Below, piece by piece: positions 57,752 to 64,000 of a stretch of DNA of 64,000 nt (its first letter is position 1; each line of letters begins with the position of its first letter). The DNA is from Acidimicrobiia bacterium. GTDB taxonomy: Bacteria > Actinomycetota > Acidimicrobiia > Acidimicrobiales > VFJN01. Below the pieces are notes generated by a model, which ran no database searches, was not told the DNA's origin, and saw only the letters and a program-made list of their open reading frames with translations. Location of the stretch: positions 21,645-85,644 of the forward strand of contig VSCH01000001.1 in assembly GCA_047459075.1 (NCBI GenBank). Reading direction: 5' to 3'. Made by a program: the position numbers and the translations under genes.

Positions 57752-59148
57752 TGGCCACGGTCGCGACCGCCCCCGTGCCGCACCTGCCGATCGGCCGGGG
57801 ACGGCCCGGCGGCGTCGTGGCCGGGCTCGGCGTCGCGCCGTGGCTGCCGTCCGACACCCCGGTCGCCTGGTTCCGCGGCGACCCGGCGCTGGCCCACGAC
57901 GCCGACACCCAGGTGATCGCCCGCACCGTGCGCAGCGGGGTCGACGCCGGCGTGCCGGTCGTCGGCGTCCTCGGCCAGGCCGGGGTCGCCCCGCAGACCG
58001 GGCTCGACCCGCTGTGCGGCTGGGGGGCGGTCGCCCGGGAGCTGACCGCGGCGTCGGGCCAGGTGCCGATCGTGCTCGTCGTCGCCGGGCCGTTCCTGGG
58101 CGGCCCGGCGCTCCTGCTCGGGCTGGCCGACGTGGTGGTCATGACCGCCGAGGCCCGGGCGTTCGTCAACGCGCCGGCCAGCGTCGCCCGCATCACCGGC
58201 TCCGCCGTGCTGGACGCCGAGCTGATCGGCGGCTCGTGGGTGCACGCCACCCGCACCGGCGTGGCCGACGTCGTCGTCGACGACCTCGACGCCGCGCTGG
58301 ACGTCGTCGCCGACCTGCTCGACCTGCTCCCGCCCAACACGGGCGAGCTGCCGACCCGGGTCGCCCCCGACGACCCGCCCGACCGGCCGACCCCGGTCGC
58401 CGCGGCCGCCGTCCCCGCCGGCGAGCGGCAGTCCTACGACGTCCGCACCGTCATCGGCGACCTCGTCGACCACGGGTGGTTCCTCGAGCTGCGGTCCCGC
58501 CACGCCACCAGCCTCGTCACCGGGCTCGCCCGCATCGCCGGCATGCCGGTGGGCATCGTCGCCAACCAGCCGAGCCAGCTGGCGGGCGCCCTCGACATCG
58601 AGAGCTCGCAGAAGGGCGGCGCCTTCGTCCGCTTCTGCGACGCCTTCAACCTGCCGCTCGTCACGCTGGTCGACACGCCCGGCTTCCGCCCCGGCCGCGA
58701 CCAGGAGTGGCGGGGCATGATCCGCCACGGCGCCAAGCTCGCCTTCGCCTACGCCGAGGCCACCGTGCCCCGGGTGTGCGTCGTGCTGCGCAAGGCGTAC
58801 GGCGGGGCCTACATCGTCATGGACTGCAAGTCGATGGGCAACGACTGCGCCCTCGCCTGGCCCGGCGCCGAGATCGCGGTCATGGGCGCCCGGGGTGCGG
58901 TCGAGATCCTGGCCCGGCGCGAGCTCGCCGCCCTGCCCGAGGGCCCCGAGCGCGACGCGCGGCGGGCCCGGCTGGAGGACGAGTACGCCGCCACCCACCT
59001 GTCGCCCGAGGCGGCGCTCGACCGCGGCTACGTCGACGAGGTCATCGACCCGGCCGACACCCGCCGGGCCGTCGCCGGCGCGCTCGCCGCGCTCACCACC
59101 AAGCGCGAGCGGCTGCGGCCCCGGCGCCACGAGAACATCCCGCTCTAG
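57751..59148 (+). CDS. Acyl-CoA carboxylase carboxyltransferase beta subunit, short AccD6-like form
   Basis: The C-terminal half is canonical (GIVANQP...GALDIESSQKGGAFVRFCDAFNLPLVTLVDTPGFRPG...RKAYGGAY). The N-terminal half is diverged and shortened. The start overlaps the fabF stop (TGATG). Confidence 0.85.
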   Translation: MATVATAPVPHLPIGRGRPGGVVAGLGVAPWLPSDTPVAWFRGDPALAHDADTQVIARTVRSGVDAGVPVVGVLGQAGVAPQTGLDPLCGWGAVARELTAASGQVPIVLVVAGPFLGGPALLLGLADVVVMTAEARAFVNAPASVARITGSAVLDAELIGGSWVHATRTGVADVVVDDLDAALDVVADLLDLLPPNTGELPTRVAPDDPPDRPTPVAAAAVPAGERQSYDVRTVIGDLVDHGWFLELRSRHATSLVTGLARIAGMPVGIVANQPSQLAGALDIESSQKGGAFVRFCDAFNLPLVTLVDTPGFRPGRDQEWRGMIRHGAKLAFAYAEATVPRVCVVLRKAYGGAYIVMDCKSMGNDCALAWPGAEIAVMGARGAVEILARRELAALPEGPERDARRARLEDEYAATHLSPEAALDRGYVDEVIDPADTRRAVAGALAALTTKRERLRPRRHENIPL

Positions 59149-59163
59149 GAGGCGAGGGACGAC

Positions 59164-60018
59164 ATGCTGCTCGAGGGCAAGAAGCTGGTGATCACCGGCG
59201 TGCTCACCAAGGACTCGATCGCGGCGGCCGTGGCCCGGCTGGCGCAGGAGCAGGGCGCCGAGCTGGTGCTCACCTCCTTCGGGCGGGGGATGCGGCTGAC
59301 CCAGCGGGTGGCCCGCACGCTGCCCGCGCCGCCCGACGTCGTCGAGCTGGACGTCACCGACCCGGCCCACCACGCGGCGCTCGCCGAGGAGCTGACCCGG
59401 CGCTGGGGCCGGGTCGACGGCGCGCTGCACGCCATCGGCTTCGCGCCCGAGGCCTGCCTCGGTCAGGACGACGGCCTGCTCGCCGCGGGCTGGGACGACG
59501 TCGCCACCGCCCTCCACGTGTCGGCCTACTCGCTGAAGTCGCTGACCCAGACCCTGCTGCCGCTCATGCCCGAGGGCGGCTCGGTGGTGGCGCTCGACTT
59601 CGACGCCGCCCAGGCCTGGCCGGCCTACGACTGGATGGGCGTGGCCAAGGCCGCGCTCGAGGCCACCACCCGCTACCTGGCCCGCGACCTCGGGCCCCGG
59701 CGGGTGCGGGTCAACCTCGTGGCGGCCGGGCCGCTGCGCACGCTGGCCGCCCGCTCCATCCCCCACTTCGACGCCATGGAGGACGCCTGGGCCAAGCGGG
59801 CGCCCCTCGGCTGGGACGTGCGCGACCCCGAGCCGGTCGCCCGGGCCTGCGTCGCGCTGCTGTCGGACTGGTTCCCGGCCACGACCGGCGAGATCGTCCA
59901 CGTCGACGGGGGTGCCCACGCGATCGCCCTGTCGCCCGCCGAGGCCCGGGCGTCGCTCGACGCCGCGGCGGGCGGCGGCGCCGGCGCCCCGGCGGCCACG
60001 GAGGTCGGCGCGGGATGA
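59164..60018 (+). CDS. fabI: Enoyl-ACP reductase, InhA/FabI type
   Basis: Collinear with mycobacterial InhA as I remember it (LEGKKLVITGV.T..SIA...A...QEQGA.LVLT.F, MPAYxWMxVAKxALE, NLVAAGPxRTLA, LLSDWxPATTGxIxxxDGGAH). Confidence 0.9.
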   Translation: MLLEGKKLVITGVLTKDSIAAAVARLAQEQGAELVLTSFGRGMRLTQRVARTLPAPPDVVELDVTDPAHHAALAEELTRRWGRVDGALHAIGFAPEACLGQDDGLLAAGWDDVATALHVSAYSLKSLTQTLLPLMPEGGSVVALDFDAAQAWPAYDWMGVAKAALEATTRYLARDLGPRRVRVNLVAAGPLRTLAARSIPHFDAMEDAWAKRAPLGWDVRDPEPVARACVALLSDWFPATTGEIVHVDGGAHAIALSPAEARASLDAAAGGGAGAPAATEVGAG

Positions 60019-60473
60019 CGGCGGCGCCGGCGCCCGACGCCGACCGGCCCGCCGGCGACCCGGTCGGGCTGCTGCCCCACCGGCCGCCGTTCCGGTTCGT
60101 CGACGCCGTCGACGAGCTGGTGCCCGGCGAGCGCGTCGTGGCCCGCTACCGGGTCACCGGCGAGGAGGCCTTCCTGGCCGGGCACTTCCCCGGCAACCCC
60201 GTGCTCCCCGGCGTGATCCAGCTCGAGGCCCTCGCCCAGGCCGGCGCCATCGCCGTGCTGTCGCTCGACCGCTACGCCGGTTCGCTGCCGCTCTTCGGCG
60301 GGGTCGACGAGGTGCGCTGGCGGCGCCAGGTGCGCCCAGGCGACGAACTGGTGCTGACCGTGGAGCTCGAGCGGCTGTCGGGCCGGGGCGGCTGGGGGCG
60401 GGCGACCGCGACGGTCGACGGCCGGCCCTGCTGCCAGGCCCGCCTGTTCTTCGTGCTCGCGCCCCGCTCCTGA
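60015..60473 (+). CDS. fabZ: 3-hydroxyacyl-ACP dehydratase
   Basis: LPHRPPFRFVD, HFPGNPVLPGVIQLEALAQ. ATGA overlap with fabI. Confidence 0.85.
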   Translation: MTAAPAPDADRPAGDPVGLLPHRPPFRFVDAVDELVPGERVVARYRVTGEEAFLAGHFPGNPVLPGVIQLEALAQAGAIAVLSLDRYAGSLPLFGGVDEVRWRRQVRPGDELVLTVELERLSGRGGWGRATATVDGRPCCQARLFFVLAPRS

Positions 60474-60563
60474 CCGGCCGGGACCGCGGTCGCGCCGCCG
60501 GTCCCGTCGGGCCGGCCGGATCCGGCCCGCCCGTCTCGCCCCGGGCGACGGGCGGCTGCCAGC

Positions 60564-61358
60564 ATGGCGGCCGTGACCCCCGCCGACACCGCCACCGCTC
60601 CCCCCGTCGACCAGGCGCTGCTGGACGCCGCCGTCGAGATCGCCCGCGAGGCCGGCGAGGTGACCCTGCGCTGGTTCCGCGCCGCCGACCTGGCCGTCGA
60701 CAGCAAGGCGGACGGGACGCCGGTGACCGCCGCCGACCGGGCCGCCGAGCGGCTCGTGCGGGAGCGGCTGGCCGAGCGCTTCCCCGACGACGGCGTGCTC
60801 GGCGAGGAGGAGCCCGAGCACCACGGCACCTCCGGGCGGCGGTGGATCGTCGACCCCATCGACGGCACGAAGGCCTTCACCCGCGGCGTGCCGCTCTACT
60901 CGACGCTCCTCGCCCTCGACGACGAGCACGGCCCGGCCGTCGGCGTCATCGTCCTGCCCGCGCTCGGCCAGGCCGTCTACGCCGGCCGGGGCCGGGGCTG
61001 CTGGGCCGACGGCGTCCCCGCCCGGGTCAGCACGACACCGGCCCTCGACGGCGCCTACCTCATGAGCAGCAGCTACTCGCACTGGGACGACGAGGCGCTG
61101 CTGGCCGTGAAGCACGCCGGCTGCCACCTGCGCACCTGGGGCGACGGCTACGGCTACGCCATGGTGGCCACGGGCCGGGCCGACGCCATGGTCGACCCGA
61201 CCGTCGAGGTCTACGACGTCGCCCCGATGCCGGTCATCCTGGCCGAGGCCGGCGGGCGGTTCACGAGCCTCGACGGCCGCCCGGGCGCCGCCGGGGGCAG
61301 CGGCGTCGCCACCAACGGCGCCATCCACGACGAGCTGCTCGCCCTGCTGCGCCGCTGA
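60564..61358 (+). CDS. Inositol-monophosphatase-family protein (HisN-type histidinol-phosphatase candidate)
   Basis: IMPase motifs LGEE and WIVDPIDGTKAF, plus the C-terminal WDxxA-type region. Confidence 0.8.
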   Translation: MAAVTPADTATAPPVDQALLDAAVEIAREAGEVTLRWFRAADLAVDSKADGTPVTAADRAAERLVRERLAERFPDDGVLGEEEPEHHGTSGRRWIVDPIDGTKAFTRGVPLYSTLLALDDEHGPAVGVIVLPALGQAVYAGRGRGCWADGVPARVSTTPALDGAYLMSSSYSHWDDEALLAVKHAGCHLRTWGDGYGYAMVATGRADAMVDPTVEVYDVAPMPVILAEAGGRFTSLDGRPGAAGGSGVATNGAIHDELLALLRR

Positions 61359-61413
61359 CCGCCGGGACGCCGTGCGGCGTGCGGCGGCGGGTCGTGGGGG
61401 TCAAGATCGGGGC

Positions 61414-62136
61414 GTGGACCGCACCCGGTACCTCGACAGCCTGCGCGCCGACGCCGACCTGCTGCTGCGCACGGCCGGCGGCGCGCTCGACCGGCCCGTG
61501 CCCACCTGCCCCGGCTGGAGCTGCGAGCGCCTCGTCGGCCACGTGGGCCGGGTCTGGCGGTGGACGGCCGCCTGGGTCCGGGGCGAGCGCGACATCCAGG
61601 TCGAGCGGGCGCCGGCGGGCGACGCCGTGGTCGCGTGGGCGCGCGCCGGCCTGGACGAGCTCGTCGCCGCCATCGAGGCGACCGACCCCGAGGCCGAGGT
61701 CGACACCTGGGCGGGCCCGCAGCCGGCGATGTTCTGGCCCCGGCGCATGGCGATCGAGGCCGCGCTGCACCGGGTCGACGCCCAGCTGGCCGTCGGCGAG
61801 CGGACCCCGGTCGACACCGCGCTGGCGCTCGAGGCGATCGACGAGCTGTTCACCGTCATCCTGCCCTGGCGCGGCACCCCCGACCTGCGCGGGGACGGCG
61901 AGACCATCCACCTGCACGCCACCGACGACCTCCCCGCCGGCGAGGGCGAGTGGCTGGTCACGCTGGGGGCCGACGGCGTGGCGGTCGAGCGCACGCACGC
62001 CAAGGGCGACGTCGCCGTGCGAGGGCCGGCCTCGGAGCTGGTGCTGCTGCTGTGGAACCGGACCGGCCCCGAGCGCTGCGAGGTGTTCGGCGACCGCAGC
62101 CTGCTCGACCGCTGGCGCCGGGCCGTGACGGTCTGA
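61414..62136 (+). CDS. Maleylpyruvate-isomerase/DinB-family (mycothiol-dependent type, TIGR03083-like) protein
   Basis: N-terminal DinB-like helix bundle (YLDSLRADADLLL...PVPTCPGWSCERLVGHVG) and a C-terminal SCP-like region. Start set at GTG 61414. Confidence 0.65.
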   Translation: MDRTRYLDSLRADADLLLRTAGGALDRPVPTCPGWSCERLVGHVGRVWRWTAAWVRGERDIQVERAPAGDAVVAWARAGLDELVAAIEATDPEAEVDTWAGPQPAMFWPRRMAIEAALHRVDAQLAVGERTPVDTALALEAIDELFTVILPWRGTPDLRGDGETIHLHATDDLPAGEGEWLVTLGADGVAVERTHAKGDVAVRGPASELVLLLWNRTGPERCEVFGDRSLLDRWRRAVTV

Positions 62137-62160
62137 GCGACGCCGGCGCCGGCGCGGCGG

Positions 62161-62766
62161 TCAGGCCGCCGGTGCCGCGACCGCCGGCTCGCCGGCGCCC
62201 TGGCAGGCGGCGTACGGCTCCGGGGCGTTGCCGCTGTTGCGGTAGAGGTCGATGAACTGCTGCAGCCGGGGGTCGGCGACGTCGTCGAGCTCGAGCTGGC
62301 GGCCCCAGGCCGACACGACGAGCGGCGCGTCCAGCCCGTCGTGCGGCGTGGCGATCACCTTGGCCTGCTGGGCGACCAGCGACGACAGCGCCTGCCGGGC
62401 GCCCTCGTCGAGGTCGGGGTCGTAGGCGACCCACACGGCGCCGTGCTCGAGCGAGTGGACCAGCATCTCCTCGGGGGGCTCGGTGCCCTCCTCGTAGAAG
62501 CCGCAGGTCGCCGGCACCGGGAAGTGGTCGCCGCCCACCGGAGGCGAGGGGTCGTAGCGCAGGTCCTCCTCGGTGTGCTCGTTGCTCGCCACCCGGAAGG
62601 CCTCGACGCCCTCGATGCCCTCGTCGGCCGGACCGACGTGCTCGCCCCCGCTCGTGGGGCGCCCGGCGCCCGTGGGCTCCGCGTCGGCCGTCTCGCCGTC
62701 GTCCCCGCAGGCGGCGAGGGCCAGCACGAGGGCGACCAGGACCAGGGATCGACGGTGTCCGCGCAC
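62161..62766 (-). CDS. Secreted lipoprotein, DUF3105-like
   Basis: Lipobox LALAACG. Conserved block PPVGGDHFP...LVHSLEHGAVWVAYDP...VSAWG, as I recall for DUF3105. GTG start at 62766. Confidence 0.65.
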   Translation of the reverse strand: MRGHRRSLVLVALVLALAACGDDGETADAEPTGAGRPTSGGEHVGPADEGIEGVEAFRVASNEHTEEDLRYDPSPPVGGDHFPVPATCGFYEEGTEPPEEMLVHSLEHGAVWVAYDPDLDEGARQALSSLVAQQAKVIATPHDGLDAPLVVSAWGRQLELDDVADPRLQQFIDLYRNSGNAPEPYAACQGAGEPAVAAPAA

Positions 62767-62830
62767 GGCGCAGGACCCTAGTGGTCGGCGGCGACCCGGC
62801 CCCAGGCGTGCCGCGCCCACGGGCGCCCGG

Positions 62831-63808
62831 TCAGGCGCCCTCGAACACCGCCGCCCGCACCCCGGCGCGGGCCAGCTCGTGCAGGAACGGCAGCGGCTCG
62901 ACCAGTGACGCCAGGCCGGCGGCGCCCGTCACCAGCGTGCGCCCCGTGGCCACCCACACGGCCGTCACCGCGGCGACCGTGCCGGCCGCCACCGCCGGGC
63001 GGTCGACCGCCCCCAGCACCACGGTGGCCCGGGCGCCGCCGCGGCGGCCCCGCACCTCGACCCGCAGGCCACCGATGCGCCCCTCGGCGTGCGGCGGGCG
63101 CAGCATCGGCAGGCCCGCGGTCAGGCGGTCGCGGCGGGTCGCCGCCAGCCGGGCCGTCACCCGGCTGACCGTCGGGAAGGCCGGCACGAGCAGCAGCGCG
63201 TCCGGCAGCGCCGCCCGGTAGCAGTCGGCGCCGCCGATGGGGTCGGGGAAGAAGCACAGCTCGCGCCCCGAGCCCGGCGGGCGGCGGCGCCACGTGTGGT
63301 CGCGCCAGTCGAGCCCCGTGTGGCGCAGCGCCCGGTGGTGCTGGCGGGCACAGGCCGGTCCCCCGGTGCCGTGGTGGGCGACGTGGATCTCGTCGACCGC
63401 GTCGAGCTCGGCCGCGGCGTGGCGGGCCAGCACGCACGAGAGGCCGGGGCCGAAGCCCGCGCCGGCCGCGACCACGACGCCCCGCTCCCGGGCCTCGGCG
63501 TCGAGGTCGAGGAGCTGCTCGACGAGCGGGATGCTGTCGCCGACCGACACGACGTGGCGGCCCGCGGCCACCGCGGCCCGGGCCACCGCGGCCTGGCGGG
63601 CGGCCGGCGAGGCCAGCAGGACCAGGTCGGCGGCGTCGGGGTCGGGCTCGTCGATCGGCTGCGCCCGCTCGCCGAGCGACCGCACGACCGCGTCGCGCCG
63701 CTTGCGATCGGTGTCGTGGACGAGGACCTGCTCGGTGGCGCCGTCGGCGACCAGGTACCGGGCGGCACGAGCACCGACGGCCCCGACGCCGGAGACGAGG
63801 ACGCGCAC
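62831..63808 (-). CDS. Saccharopine-dehydrogenase-like NAD(P)-binding oxidoreductase
   Basis: Rossmann N-terminus VRVLVSGVGAVGARAARYL and a second GAGFGPGLS block. GTG start at 63808. Confidence 0.6.
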   Translation of the reverse strand: MRVLVSGVGAVGARAARYLVADGATEQVLVHDTDRKRRDAVVRSLGERAQPIDEPDPDAADLVLLASPAARQAAVARAAVAAGRHVVSVGDSIPLVEQLLDLDAEARERGVVVAAGAGFGPGLSCVLARHAAAELDAVDEIHVAHHGTGGPACARQHHRALRHTGLDWRDHTWRRRPPGSGRELCFFPDPIGGADCYRAALPDALLLVPAFPTVSRVTARLAATRRDRLTAGLPMLRPPHAEGRIGGLRVEVRGRRGGARATVVLGAVDRPAVAAGTVAAVTAVWVATGRTLVTGAAGLASLVEPLPFLHELARAGVRAAVFEGA

Positions 63809-63812
63809 GGCG

Positions 63813-63950
63813 CTACCGCAGGTCCGGTCCGCTGAGCTCGCGCCACCCGCCCGACTGCGGCGGGGTCCCGCCCGAGCCGCGCAAGCGGAGGATGGCGGCG
63901 ATGATGCCGGCGATGCCCACGGCGGCGAGCGCCCTGCGGAGGAAAGCCAT
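63813..63950 (-). CDS. Unlisted small ORF: 45-aa single-TM protein
   Basis: MAFLRRALAAVGIAGIIAAILRLRGSGGTPPQSGGWRELSGPDLR*. GC3-rich codons, AAGGTG 8 nt upstream, and a stop 4 nt before the downstream GTG start. It falls below the ORF-track length cut-off. Confidence 0.35.
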   Translation of the reverse strand: MAFLRRALAAVGIAGIIAAILRLRGSGGTPPQSGGWRELSGPDLR

Positions 63951-64000
63951 GGCCCGCACCTTAGAGCCTGGCCTCGTGGCTGCCCGCCGACCACCCCCGG

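Overview
Very GC-rich chromosomal segment (over 70% by eye, not computed). Actinobacterial hallmarks: crgA, an HspR/HAIR-type heat-shock regulon, an InhA-type enoyl reductase, a mycothiol-type MDMPI/DinB protein, and HU with a Lys/Ala tail. I saw no rRNA, CRISPR array, transposase, integrase or prophage. There is one tRNA-Ala(UGC). Gene order: clpB | ~11.8 kb Wzx/Wzy-type polysaccharide locus (fused BY-kinase, two tandem Wzy-like paralogues, three GT4 transferases, a flippase, a GDP-mannose 3,5-epimerase-like enzyme, a truncated priming transferase) | hspR-dnaJ-grpE-dnaK | GT-C-like membrane protein, trpG/pabA-type amidotransferase, FkbM-like methyltransferase, Ppx/GppA, crgA | S15 peptidase, thiolase, acyl-CoA ligase | ECF sigma/anti-sigma, HU, SF2 helicase, CsaA-like protein | padR-ABC(FtsX/MacB-type) operon divergent from a membrane-anchored S1 protease | trpB2, two S12-type serine hydrolases, MBL-fold protein, M23, VanY-like and S33 peptidases, prfC, a cysteine-synthase-family enzyme | a double-HTH MerR regulator divergent from a nine-gene, translationally coupled fab operon (fabD-X-fabH-fabG-acpP-fabF-accD6-like-inhA-like-fabZ) | hisN-like, MDMPI, DUF3105-like and saccharopine-dehydrogenase-like genes. 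I found no clear-cut new defence or mobile system. The best leads are: (1) a lysine-free biotinyl/lipoyl-like mini-protein wedged between fabD and fabH; (2) the polysaccharide locus lying between two HspR-operator-bearing heat-shock loci, with its priming transferase cut off 30 bp from hspR; (3) a plant-type GDP-mannose 3,5-epimerase in that locus; (4) several strong operator-like dyads (padR, thiolase/fadD, merR/fabD). All family calls come from reading the translations. No database search was run.
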